From Acidobacteriota bacterium (lineage in GTDB: Bacteria > Acidobacteriota > Terriglobia > Terriglobales > SCQP01), in the NCBI GenBank assembly GCA_027451805.1, contig DAIDIF010000053.1, forward strand, positions 1 through 48,123: a stretch of DNA of 48,123 nucleotides, given 5' to 3'. Below the pieces are notes generated by a model. That model was not told the DNA's origin, did not search any database, and saw only the letters and a list, made by a program, of their open reading frames with translations. Both the position numbers and the translations under genes were made by a program. Numbering within the stretch: position 1 is the stretch's first letter; each line of letters opens with the position of its first letter. Positions 1 through 9,306 of the stretch are shown here, piece after piece.

Positions 1-408
1 CGCCTGGCGCGCCAGCGCCGCGCCCTCGATCAGATCGCTGCCGATGTCCTGGCCCGCCGCCTGTTTGCGCTCGGTGTCCCGCCGCCAACTGGCGAACGTC
101 TCCACCCAGGCCGCGAACGTGAACTCCCACTCCCCCAGCGACACCAACTCGATCGCGCCCTGCCAGCGGTCGTTGTCCGGCGCCTCCAGCTCCGCCTCCC
201 GCCACGCCGCCGCGGGCGACTGCCCCGCCGGCCGCCATCGCACCGCCGCCGCCAATACTTCATGTCCGTGCTGGTATATATCCGCCGCCACCCGGAGCGG
301 CTCGCCCAGTTCGCACTTGGCCGCGAACGCGCCCGCGTCCACGGCGGGCGCAGCGCATTCAAAAACGATGCTGCCGGCTGGCGTGCTGCGGCGGCCGCGT
401 CGTATCAT
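1..408 (-). CDS. glgE: Alpha-1,4-glucan:maltose-1-phosphate maltosyltransferase GlgE, N-terminal part (runs off window start)
   Basis: Manual translation of the minus strand from ATG at 408 is open to base 1: IVFECAAPAVDAGAFAAKCELGEPLRVAADIYQHGHEVLAAAVRWR...DNDRWQG...WEFTFAAWVETFASWRRD. This matches the GlgE N-terminal domain pattern. Not in the ORF track because no stop lies in the window. Confidence 0.8.
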   Translation of the reverse strand, partial: MIRRGRRSTPAGSIVFECAAPAVDAGAFAAKCELGEPLRVAADIYQHGHEVLAAAVRWRPAGQSPAAAWREAELEAPDNDRWQGAIELVSLGEWEFTFAAWVETFASWRRDTERKQAAGQDIGSDLIEGAALARQA

Positions 409-413
409 GAAAC

Positions 414-1985
414 TTGGCTACCGGAATGGATGGTCTTCTCCAGGAAATCACCTCGCTCGAAGGCCGCCGCTTTGTGGTCGTCTCCAACCGCCAGCCGTAC
501 GCTCATGTGCGCCATGGCGGCCAGGTGCGGGCGGAGAAGCCGCCCAGCGGGCTGACTCTCGCTCTCGAGCCTATTGTACAGGCCACCCGCGGCACCTGGA
601 TCGCTGCCTCCAGCGGCGATGCCGACGCGGAGACGGTGGACCGCGCCGGCCGGGTGATGGCGCCGCCCCCGGGCGTCGAGTACACGCTGCGCCGCATCTT
701 CCTGCCCCCCCGGTTGCAGCAGGACTTTTACACGGGCTTCGCCAACTCCACCCTCTGGCCGCTGTGCCACATCGCCTACCACCAGCCGCGTTTCGAGGAG
801 CGCTGGTGGAAGGCGTATCTGCAGGCCAACCAGGCCTTCGCCGACGCCGTCGCCGACGAGATCGGCGGCGATCCGGCGGTCGTCTTCGTCCAGGATTTCC
901 ATCTCGCCGTGCTGCCGCAACTGTTGCGCGAGCGCTGCCCCCAGGCCATCATCGCCCAGTTCTGGCATATCCCCTGGCCCAACCCCGAGGCCTTCCGCAT
1001 CTGCCCCTGGCGCAAGGAAATCCTGCGCGGCATGCTCGGCAACGACCTGCTCGGTTTCCATCTCCCCTATCACTGCATGAACTTCCTGGAGACCGTGGAT
1101 CGCGAGCTGCAGGTGCGCGTGGACCGCGAATCCAGCGCCGTCGTCCTGGGCCGCAGCCGCACCAGCGTGGCCGCGTTCCCGATGAGCGTGGATTATCACC
1201 ATATCCAAACCGCCTCCGGTTTGCCCCAGGCGCGCGCCGAGGCGGCGCGGCTGCGGGCCGAGCATAGCGGCGGCGGTCAGCGCCAGCTGGTGATCAGCGT
1301 CGAGCGGCTGGATTACTCCAAGGGGATTCGCGAGCGCCTGGAAGCCATCCAGCGCCTGTTCGAGCGCCATCCGCAGTGGAAGAACAAGGTGGTGTTCGTG
1401 CACATCGCCACCCCCAGCCGCACCACCGTGCGCGCCTACCGCGACTACGCCCAGACGGTGGACCGCACCGTGGCGCGCGTGAATGCGCTCTACACCCACT
1501 CCGGTTGGATCCCGATCCGTGCGTTGCACATCTACGTCGAGCCCGAAAAAGTCTGGAACTGGTACCAGGCCGCCGACGCCCTCATCGTCTCGTCTCTGCA
1601 CGACGGCATGAACCTGGTCGCCAAGGAGTTCGTCGCCGCCGGCCGCGATGACGCGGTGATGCTGCTCAGCGAGTTCACCGGCGCCGCGCGCGCGCTCAAG
1701 GAAGCCGTGCCGATCAACCCCTACGCCACCGACGCTTTCGCCGACGCCATCGCCCACGCCCTGGCGATGTCCGGCGACGAGCGCCGCGACCGCATGCGCC
1801 GCCTGCGCTGGCGCGTCGAGCATTATGATATCGGGGTGTGGGCGCGCGAGATCCTGCGCGCCATCCGGCAGCGCGAATTCGATGTTCAGGACATTGCCCT
1901 TCCTGTCGCCGGCGTCCACGCCGGCAGCCAGCCCCGCCTGGCTGCCGCGGCTGCGCCGCGCCCGGCGCGTGCTCGTCGCCACTGA
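414..1985 (+). CDS. otsA: Trehalose-6-phosphate synthase (GT20); start is TTG 414 or ATG 426
   Basis: Motifs VVSNR, FVQDFHL, FWHIPWP, VERLDYSKGI, DGMNLVAKEF, LLSEFTGAA. Confidence 0.93.
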   Translation: MATGMDGLLQEITSLEGRRFVVVSNRQPYAHVRHGGQVRAEKPPSGLTLALEPIVQATRGTWIAASSGDADAETVDRAGRVMAPPPGVEYTLRRIFLPPRLQQDFYTGFANSTLWPLCHIAYHQPRFEERWWKAYLQANQAFADAVADEIGGDPAVVFVQDFHLAVLPQLLRERCPQAIIAQFWHIPWPNPEAFRICPWRKEILRGMLGNDLLGFHLPYHCMNFLETVDRELQVRVDRESSAVVLGRSRTSVAAFPMSVDYHHIQTASGLPQARAEAARLRAEHSGGGQRQLVISVERLDYSKGIRERLEAIQRLFERHPQWKNKVVFVHIATPSRTTVRAYRDYAQTVDRTVARVNALYTHSGWIPIRALHIYVEPEKVWNWYQAADALIVSSLHDGMNLVAKEFVAAGRDDAVMLLSEFTGAARALKEAVPINPYATDAFADAIAHALAMSGDERRDRMRRLRWRVEHYDIGVWAREILRAIRQREFDVQDIALPVAGVHAGSQPRLAAAAAPRPARARRH

Positions 1986-2754
1986 TTTCGACGGCACCCT
2001 GGCGCCCATCGTCTCCCGTCCCGAGGCGGCGGTACCCCTGCCCGAGGCGTTGGCGGCGCTCGCCGCCCTCGCCTGCCGCCGCGACCTGCGCGTCGCGGTG
2101 GTCAGCGGCCGCGCCCTCAGCGACCTGCGCGCGCGCTGCCCGGTGCCGGGCGTCTGGTACCTGGGCGGGCACGGCAACGAGGCCAGCCCGGCGCTGCCCC
2201 AGCTGCCCGCCGCCGAAGCCGCCCAGGCGGATGGCGCGCGCAGCCATGCCGCGATGTGGCGCGCCCTCGCCGCAGCCGCCGAGCGCCTGCGCGCCCGCCT
2301 GCCCGAATGGCCCGGCGCGCGCCTCGAGGCCAAGCCCTTTTCACTGGCGTTGCACTTTCGCCAGGCGCCGCAGTGGGCCGAGCCCATCCACGAGGCCGTC
2401 TCCGAGCTCGCCGCTGCGAGCGATCTGCGGGTGCTGTTTGGCCGTCAGATCGCCGAACTGCTGCCCCAAGACGCCTTGAACAAAGGCCAAGCCCTGCAAC
2501 AGTTACGCCGCCGCCTGGGGTGCGATCTGGCCTTCTACTTTGGCGACGATACCACCGACGAAGACGTCTTTCGCCTCGGCGGCGAGCACCTCGTCGGCGT
2601 CCGCGTGCTCCACGCCGAATCCGCTGATAACGCTACCGCCGCCGACTATTCCGTCGCCTCTCCCCGCGAGGTGGCGCGGGCCTTGGAGGCCATTGCCGCC
2701 GCCCGCCCCGCTGCGGAAAAGAAAACCCTCCCATTTTCCACGGTTCGGACTTAG
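1882..2754 (+). CDS. otsB: Trehalose-6-phosphate phosphatase (HAD family); start uncertain, overlaps otsA
   Basis: HAD motifs DFDGTL, VSGR, NKG, FGDDTTDEDVF; adjacent to otsA. ATG at 1882 is in frame with ORF 1825..2754. Confidence 0.88.
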   Translation: MFRTLPFLSPASTPAASPAWLPRLRRARRVLVATDFDGTLAPIVSRPEAAVPLPEALAALAALACRRDLRVAVVSGRALSDLRARCPVPGVWYLGGHGNEASPALPQLPAAEAAQADGARSHAAMWRALAAAAERLRARLPEWPGARLEAKPFSLALHFRQAPQWAEPIHEAVSELAAASDLRVLFGRQIAELLPQDALNKGQALQQLRRRLGCDLAFYFGDDTTDEDVFRLGGEHLVGVRVLHAESADNATAADYSVASPREVARALEAIAAARPAAEKKTLPFSTVRT

Positions 2755-2797
2755 GCTAATGATGCACGGACGGAATCGGGCTGGGGGAGCCTAACGT

Positions 2798-4429
2798 ATG
2801 CGTGTCCTGCTTATTTATCCCAAACGCGACCCCGAATCCAAGGTCCGCACCCAGTTCAGCATGGAGCGGGTGCACGAGCTCGCCTTTTGGCCGCTCCGCG
2901 GCCGCAGCTATGGCCTCCAGTTCAACGGACTCGAGGCGCTGGCGGCGCTGACCCCTTCCTGGGTCGAGCTCGATGTGGTCAACGAGAACCTGCGCGATCT
3001 CGACCTCGACGCCGACGTGGACCTGGTGGCGATCACCGTCATGGTCACCAACGCCACCCGCGCCTATCAGATCGCCGACCACTTCCGCCGCCGCCATATC
3101 AAGGTCGTGATGGGTGGTTACCACCCCTTCATGATCCCGCAGAATAGCTTGGCGCACGCCGACGCCATCTGCACCACCGAGGCCGAGTACGTCTGGGAGG
3201 AGATGCTCAGCGACGCCCGCCGCGGTCAGCTCAAGCCCATTTACGAGCAACAGCAGAAAACCGACATGTCTAAGGCGTTGCACCTGCCCCGCGTCCGGCG
3301 CTGGGAATGGCTGCACACCGTCTCCCTCACCCTCCAGGCCAGCCGCGGCTGTCCCTTCAGTTGCGACTTCTGCAGCATCGTGCAGATGCTCGGGCACGAC
3401 ATGCGCTACAAGTCGCCCGAGAATCTCTGTCGCGAGCTCGAGGTCATCTTCAAGCACGACTGGATGGGGCGCCTGTTCTACCGCCCCATCTTCTTCGTGG
3501 ACGACAACATCTTCGGCCACCCGCGCACCATGAAGGAGCTGCTGCGGGCGATCATCAAGCTGCGCGCCAAATACCCCAAGTTCAAGCCCGTCTTCGGCTC
3601 GCAGATGACGATCAACGTCTATAAGGACAAAGAGGCCCTGGCGCTGCTGGAAGAGGCCGGTTTCTACAACATCTTCATGGGGTTGGAGAGCCAGGACCCG
3701 GAAACCCTGCGCAGCTACAACAAGTTGCACAACATCGCCCACAACTACGATGACGCGATCCAGACCATGCGCGAGCACGGCATGGAAGTGATCGCCAGCT
3801 TCATCTTCGGCACCGACGGCGATACCTCGGCCTGCTTCGACGCCGCCTTCGACTTCTTCGACCGCAACAACGTCCTCTACCCCTACTTCAACATCCTCAC
3901 CCCCACCGCCAACCAGTGGAAGCGCTTCCTCGCCGAAGGCCGCATCCTCACCGTCAAGGCCAAGCTCTACGACGCCCATCACACCGTCTTCGTGCCCATG
4001 AAGATGACCCCGCGCGAGTTGCAGGAGGGGTTCATCAAGCTGGTATCGCGCACCTTCGACTACGGCAACCTCGCCAAGCGCATGCGCGCCATCTATGTGG
4101 ACCGGCCGCAGCGCGAGGTGAAGCTGGCGCTGCCGCTGCCGATGGAAAAGCTGATGTACCGCAAGCTGCACTTCACGCTCGGCATGAAGGGCGATCTCGA
4201 GGGCCAGAGCTTCATGGAAGAGTTGCGGCCGCACATCTTTAGCGGCAAAATCCCCATTGCCTCGGTGCTGCTGCAGATTGACCAGCACGACTGGGCCGTG
4301 CGCAACACCTCCACCATGCGCGAGCACCGCTACAGCCTGGACGTGCCCGCCTGGCAGGACCGCGTGCCCGAGGCTGCGCTGGCGGCCGGCGAGGGCCTGG
4401 CGCACGACATCGCCGCGCACGTGCGCTAG
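2798..4429 (+). CDS. Cobalamin-binding radical SAM protein
   Basis: CxxxCxxC motif SRGCPFSCDFC, FFVDDN, GLES, FIFGTDGD; N-terminal B12-binding-like domain (DLVAIT...VVMGGYHP). Confidence 0.88.
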   Translation: MRVLLIYPKRDPESKVRTQFSMERVHELAFWPLRGRSYGLQFNGLEALAALTPSWVELDVVNENLRDLDLDADVDLVAITVMVTNATRAYQIADHFRRRHIKVVMGGYHPFMIPQNSLAHADAICTTEAEYVWEEMLSDARRGQLKPIYEQQQKTDMSKALHLPRVRRWEWLHTVSLTLQASRGCPFSCDFCSIVQMLGHDMRYKSPENLCRELEVIFKHDWMGRLFYRPIFFVDDNIFGHPRTMKELLRAIIKLRAKYPKFKPVFGSQMTINVYKDKEALALLEEAGFYNIFMGLESQDPETLRSYNKLHNIAHNYDDAIQTMREHGMEVIASFIFGTDGDTSACFDAAFDFFDRNNVLYPYFNILTPTANQWKRFLAEGRILTVKAKLYDAHHTVFVPMKMTPRELQEGFIKLVSRTFDYGNLAKRMRAIYVDRPQREVKLALPLPMEKLMYRKLHFTLGMKGDLEGQSFMEELRPHIFSGKIPIASVLLQIDQHDWAVRNTSTMREHRYSLDVPAWQDRVPEAALAAGEGLAHDIAAHVR

Positions 4430-4440
4430 CCGCAACCCGC

Positions 4441-4992
4441 ATGGCCGCGGTCGAATCCAAAATGCTGCCGCTGGGCACGCCGGCGCCCGATTTCGCGTTG
4501 CCCGACGTCGCGGGCGGCGGCCTCATCCGGATGTCCGAGATCGCCCCCGGCCAGCCCCTGCTGGTGATGTTTCTGTGCCGCCACTGTCCCTACGTGGTGC
4601 ACGTGCAGCAGGAACTGGCGCGCCTGGGCCGCGACTATCAGGGCCGCGCCGGCATCGTCGCCATCAGCTCCAACGACGCCGCCGCCTATCCGCTGGATTC
4701 TCCGCCCAGCCTGCGCGCGATGGCGGTCGAGCAGGGCTTCGTCTTCCCCGTCTGCTACGACGAGACGCAAGCCGTTGCCCGCGCCTACGCTGCCGCCTGC
4801 ACCCCCGATTTCTTCCTCTTCGACGCCGCCCGCAAACTCGCCTACCGCGGCCAGCTCGACGCCAGCCGCCCCGGCAACGGCATTCCCGTGGACGGCCGCG
4901 ACCTGCGCGCCGCCCTCGACGCCCTGCTCACCGGCCGTCCCGTGAACCCCGTTCAGCGCCCCAGCCTGGGCTGCAGCCTCAAATGGAAGTAG
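4441..4992 (+). CDS. Thioredoxin-fold (AhpC/TSA-like) protein
   Basis: APDFALPD, CRHCPYV, AACTPDFFLFD, YRGQLD and C-terminal GCSLKWK are typical of this family. Confidence 0.9.
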   Translation: MAAVESKMLPLGTPAPDFALPDVAGGGLIRMSEIAPGQPLLVMFLCRHCPYVVHVQQELARLGRDYQGRAGIVAISSNDAAAYPLDSPPSLRAMAVEQGFVFPVCYDETQAVARAYAAACTPDFFLFDAARKLAYRGQLDASRPGNGIPVDGRDLRAALDALLTGRPVNPVQRPSLGCSLKWK

Positions 4993-5836
4993 CCGCTTCG
5001 GCGGCGGCGTCGGCCCCCGCCGGCAGGCTCTCCGTCCATTGCAGAATGCCGTCCGCCACCTCTTCCCAGCCCGGCTCCAGCATCAGCATGTGGCCGCGAT
5101 CGTGCAACTGCAGCGGACAGCCGTAAAACCGCGCCAGCCGCCGCTGCTCCGAGACTGGGATCAGGCGGTCGTCCAGCCCCCCCACCACCAGGCAGGGCGA
5201 CGTCACCCGCTGCGCGTCCACGCTGACCAGGCCCACCACCATCTGCATCGAAGCCCGCCCCGAGTCCGGCACGTCGCGTAAGGCGATCTCGGCCCGCACC
5301 TCCGGCGGCAGCCGGTTGTTGACCAGCGATTCCTGCATCCGGCTGTCCAGCACCAGCGTCCGCCCGGTCAGCGGCGCCAGCACCTCCCGCCAGGGATGGC
5401 GCAGCAGGTGCCCCCACATGCTGGCGTAGGCCCGGCGGAACATGTGCCACGGGGGCGCGCTGGCCAGGAAGACATAGCCTTCCTGATGCTGTGACTCGGC
5501 CAGCTTCTGTGCCACCAACCCGCCCATGCTGTGCCCGATCACCACCGCCGGCCCGATCTCCGCCAGCGCCGCCGAGACCCACAGCGCGTAGGTCTCCACG
5601 CTGTACTGGCCCATCTTTTCCGCCGTCACCGGATCGCATTGCTCGCCGTGCCCGGGCAGCTCCAGCCCGAAGCTGCGCCAGCCACGCTCGGCGAAGTGGC
5701 GCTGAAAGTTGTCCCAGCCCCACACCCCTCCGCCCAGCCCATGCACCAGCACCAGCGGCGGCCCTGCCGCCGCCCGCCCTCCGGGATCGGCGATCCGGCA
5801 TTGCAGTTTGCCCAACTGCGCGGTTTCGATGCGCAT
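4979..5836 (-). CDS. Alpha/beta hydrolase
   Basis: LVHGLGG oxyanion loop, GHSMGG nucleophile elbow, Asp (DDRLIP) and His (GHMLM). Confidence 0.88.
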   Translation of the reverse strand: MRIETAQLGKLQCRIADPGGRAAAGPPLVLVHGLGGGVWGWDNFQRHFAERGWRSFGLELPGHGEQCDPVTAEKMGQYSVETYALWVSAALAEIGPAVVIGHSMGGLVAQKLAESQHQEGYVFLASAPPWHMFRRAYASMWGHLLRHPWREVLAPLTGRTLVLDSRMQESLVNNRLPPEVRAEIALRDVPDSGRASMQMVVGLVSVDAQRVTSPCLVVGGLDDRLIPVSEQRRLARFYGCPLQLHDRGHMLMLEPGWEEVADGILQWTESLPAGADAAAEAATSI

Positions 5837-5923
5837 CGCGGCTTCCGGCCGGCAAGTGGTCTAACAGCCTGAGACGATCATAGCAATGAAGAGGGACAGA
5901 GACGAAGGCGGTAAAATGACAGC

Positions 5924-6544
5924 ATGCGCAAAACGTTGCTGGGTTTCGCCCTGGCGGTGCTGGCAATGGGGCTCGCCGCCTGCCATGGCGGCGCGGTTCC
6001 CGGCCCGCGCCCGGCGCCGCCCGGCGCCTACACCGCCGCCATCCGGACCGATCTGGGGACGATCACGGTACGACTCTTCCCGCGCCGCGCCCCGCTGGCG
6101 GTGGGCAACTTCATCGGCCTGGCCGAAGGCACTCAGCCCTGGCGCAACCCCCGCACCGGCAAGATCGAGACCCACACCCCCTTCTACAACGGCCTCACCT
6201 TCCACCGCGTTATCCCCAACTTCATGATTCAGGGCGGCGACTACCTGGGCAACGGCACCGGCGACGCCGGCTACATGTTCCCCAACGAGATCGCCCCCTT
6301 GCTCAACTTCGACGGCCCCGGCCGCCTGGCCATGGCCAACGCCGGCCCCAACACCAACGGCACTCAGTTCTTCATCACCGTCGCCCCCTACCCCTCGCTC
6401 AACGGCAACTACACCATCTTCGGCCAGGTCACGGCGGGACAGAACGTGGCCGACGCCATCAGCCGCGTCCCCACCGATCCCAGCAACAACCGGCCGCTGA
6501 CGCCGGTGCACATCGTCTCGATTACTATCCATAGAGGAAGTTGA
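5924..6544 (+). CDS. Cyclophilin-type peptidyl-prolyl isomerase, lipoprotein
   Basis: FHRVIPNFMIQGGD, LAMANAGPNTNGTQFFIT, YTIFGQV; signal peptide with LAAC lipobox. Confidence 0.93.
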   Translation: MRKTLLGFALAVLAMGLAACHGGAVPGPRPAPPGAYTAAIRTDLGTITVRLFPRRAPLAVGNFIGLAEGTQPWRNPRTGKIETHTPFYNGLTFHRVIPNFMIQGGDYLGNGTGDAGYMFPNEIAPLLNFDGPGRLAMANAGPNTNGTQFFITVAPYPSLNGNYTIFGQVTAGQNVADAISRVPTDPSNNRPLTPVHIVSITIHRGS

Positions 6545-6551
6545 TCGCTCC

Positions 6552-7985
6552 ATGCGCCGGCGGTACATTGCGGTTTGCGTGGCTCTGCTGGCGGAGCTGG
6601 CGGTGGCGCAATTCCGCGGCGGCTGGCGCGGGCGCCGCGCCCCCCTCACCGGTGCCCGCCTGGCTCGCGCCACGCAGCTTCTGCAGGCCGCGCGCGCCGA
6701 CGCCGAAGCCGCCCCCGCTTGGGCCGCGCCCCAACTGCTGATCGCGGTCGCGCGCGCCGAACTGCCGCAATTCCGCGCCCAGGCGCTGGCCGACGACACC
6801 GCTGCCTTCCAACTGGCGCTCGCCCTCCCCGCCCCCGCCGATCTCTCCACCCCCGCTGGCCAGGCCCGCGAGCAGATCAAGGAAAACGCCGAGCTCGAGG
6901 CGGTGAGCGAGCTGGCGCGCAACTCCGGCGAGCCGGCCGCCCTCGCCCTGGTGCGCCTGGCCGATGTCCCGCAAGCCCCGCTCTACGACCAGCTCCTGCT
7001 CGCCGCCCGCCTCTCGCCCGCCGCGGCCATGAACCTGGTGCAGGAGTGCGAGCTTCAGGGTGCGTTCCCCTTCCGCGGTGCCGCCGCGCTGGTCGAGCGC
7101 CGCCGGCTCCAGGGCTTCGACCTCACCGCCCTGCTGACCGACGGCTACCTCCGCGCCGGCGACGAAACCGATCCGCGTCAGATCAGCGCCGCGGTGTTCT
7201 TCCTCCAGGCCGGCCGCGGTGCCGAGCCCGCGCTCAACCGCACCCTCGAAACCGCCGCGCTCGAACTCCTCCGCCGTCTCGCCGGCGATGCGCTCACCGC
7301 CGCGCCCGCCTCCGACAGCGGCTTCGAGCGCAGCGCCGCCGTCCGCCTCCTCGCCCTGCTGCGCGCCGTGGATCCGTCCCGCGCCGCGCAATGGGCCGCT
7401 GACCACCCCGGTTTCTCCCTTGGCAGCTCTCCGTTCAGCTATTTCCCGGTGCGGGGGAACGGTCGCTTCGCCTTCACCTTCCGTCCGCAATTCGGCGTTG
7501 CCGACGGCTCATCGGCTGCGGCCGCGCCGGTGGCGCAATTCTACGCGCGCCTGAATCAGGCGGTGCGCCAGCAGCGCAGCAACCCCGACGCCTCCCTCGC
7601 CGCCGCCGACCGCGCCGCCGACCTGCTCAGCCGGGGCCTCCTGGCCACCCAGGCGCCGGCCGCCGCCCGCCTGGCGTTGGTCTACGCCCATCTCGGCGAC
7701 ACCGCCGACGCCGGCGCGCTAATGGCGAGATGCCTCGACGCCGCCGGCCGCCTCGCCCGCCAGGCCGACGACGACTACAACAACGGCGACGACGCCGCCC
7801 GCGCCCAACAGGCGCTGCATCTGCAAGCCGCCAGTTGGCAGGTCGCCCAAATCTACGCCCTCGCCGCCCAATTCGATCTCCCCACCGCCATCGCCCGCGC
7901 CGAAAGCGCCAACTTCACCCTCGACAAACCCCTCGTCCTCGCCCGCCTCGCCTTAACCGCCCAGCTCGCCCGCCCCCGGCGCTAA
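6552..7985 (+). CDS. Hypothetical exported Ala/Leu-rich alpha-helical protein
   Basis: 477-aa ORF with coding-like codon pattern and N-terminal hydrophobic signal; starts 7 nt after the cyclophilin stop. Confidence 0.7.
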   Translation: MRRRYIAVCVALLAELAVAQFRGGWRGRRAPLTGARLARATQLLQAARADAEAAPAWAAPQLLIAVARAELPQFRAQALADDTAAFQLALALPAPADLSTPAGQAREQIKENAELEAVSELARNSGEPAALALVRLADVPQAPLYDQLLLAARLSPAAAMNLVQECELQGAFPFRGAAALVERRRLQGFDLTALLTDGYLRAGDETDPRQISAAVFFLQAGRGAEPALNRTLETAALELLRRLAGDALTAAPASDSGFERSAAVRLLALLRAVDPSRAAQWAADHPGFSLGSSPFSYFPVRGNGRFAFTFRPQFGVADGSSAAAAPVAQFYARLNQAVRQQRSNPDASLAAADRAADLLSRGLLATQAPAAARLALVYAHLGDTADAGALMARCLDAAGRLARQADDDYNNGDDAARAQQALHLQAASWQVAQIYALAAQFDLPTAIARAESANFTLDKPLVLARLALTAQLARPRR

Positions 7986-9259
7986 GGGCCGAGCGTGAAG
8001 CTTACCGTAATCTGCGTGCTCACCGCCAGCGTCTTGCCGCCGATCACCAGCGGATGATACCGCCACGTCTTCAACGCCTCCAGTGTGGCGGCGGCTAAGA
8101 CCTCCGCCGGTGCGGCGCTCACCACCGGGTCGTGGATTCGGCCATCCTTGCCGACCTCCGCCTTGATGGTGACGCTGCCCTGAAGGAGCGCCGCGCGCGC
8201 CGCCGGCGGGTACTTCGGAGGCCCGCAGCGCTCACACCGCGCCGCTTGCGCCCCGGCGAGGCTGGGCGGTGGCGCCGCAGGACCCGCGTGCCACAGCGCG
8301 CTTCCGGTGCGGCAGCGCAGCGTGGCGCTGACCCGGCAGAACGTCGCTCCGTCCGCCGCCCACGCGCCGGTCGTAGGGTGGTCTGCGTCGTCGGGCACCG
8401 CTTTCAGCGTTTGCAGCGACGGCGCCGCCGCCCACGCGGCGCCCTCATCGGCCAGGCATCCCTGCGCGGTGCAGTCGCTGAACCGCGCCGCCGGCGCCGG
8501 GCCGCGAAGCCAGGTCGTGCCGTCGGACGAGGTCGCCGCGTCCCGAACGTGGCGTTTCCCCTGCAGCATCGTGCCATACGCCGCGTAGCCCGACGGCCGC
8601 GCCAGCATCCCGCTCCACTCCTGCCCGGCTGCGAAGTCCAGCCTGCGCCAGTGCCTGCCGCCGTCGTTGGTCAGCAGGATCGTATCCGCTTTCGCCTTCT
8701 CCGGGCTGACCACAACCGCCATGCGCCGCGCGTCCAGCACCGCCATCGGGCCCGCGGGCGCGGCTTTGAGGGAGCGAAACGTCCAGTATTCGCCCCCGTC
8801 CCCGGTCACGGCGAACTGGCTGGCGTTCAGGCCGTAGCCGTGCTTCGCATCCGCAAAAACCACTTCGCTCAGGCCGTTGCGCGGCAAATACGCCCGCCGC
8901 TTCCACGTTTCGCCGCCGTCGGTGGACCTGTACCAGAGCCCCGCCGACCCGAACACCGCCATCCTCCTCTTGCCGAAAAAGGCGAAGGAAAACAGCAGCT
9001 CGCCGTTCTCCGCCTTCAGGTTGCGCACCGTCCAGTCGCGCCCGCCATCGGCGCTCTCGGCGATCATCTCGTCCCAGCCGCACACCCAGATCGTGCCGTC
9101 GTGCACCGCGATCCCCAGCGGCGCCGCCGGCAGCCCGACCGTCGCCCACGCCCCCGTCAGCGCCACCGGGGCCACCGCCGGCAAAATCGACGCCGGCCGC
9201 GGCGCGCGCGCGGGCAGGGCCGTGAGAATCGCCGCCAGGGCCGCGAGCGCGGGAACCAT
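7982..9259 (-). CDS. Exported protein with BNR/YCF48-like repeats fused to a C-terminal TonB_C domain
   Basis: Repeated S/TxDGGxxW (SADGGRDW, STDGGETW, TGDGGEYW, TNDGGRHW); C-terminus PKYPPAARAALLQGSVTIKAEVGKDGRI...WRYHP...ITVSFTL. Start set at ATG 9259 because the longer ORF overlaps the ABC gene. Confidence 0.78.
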   Translation of the reverse strand: MVPALAALAAILTALPARAPRPASILPAVAPVALTGAWATVGLPAAPLGIAVHDGTIWVCGWDEMIAESADGGRDWTVRNLKAENGELLFSFAFFGKRRMAVFGSAGLWYRSTDGGETWKRRAYLPRNGLSEVVFADAKHGYGLNASQFAVTGDGGEYWTFRSLKAAPAGPMAVLDARRMAVVVSPEKAKADTILLTNDGGRHWRRLDFAAGQEWSGMLARPSGYAAYGTMLQGKRHVRDAATSSDGTTWLRGPAPAARFSDCTAQGCLADEGAAWAAAPSLQTLKAVPDDADHPTTGAWAADGATFCRVSATLRCRTGSALWHAGPAAPPPSLAGAQAARCERCGPPKYPPAARAALLQGSVTIKAEVGKDGRIHDPVVSAAPAEVLAAATLEALKTWRYHPLVIGGKTLAVSTQITVSFTLGP

Positions 9260-9306
9260 GCCCCAAGGCTGACTCGCCCGGCTGGTGATGTCAACCACCG
9301 CAACGT

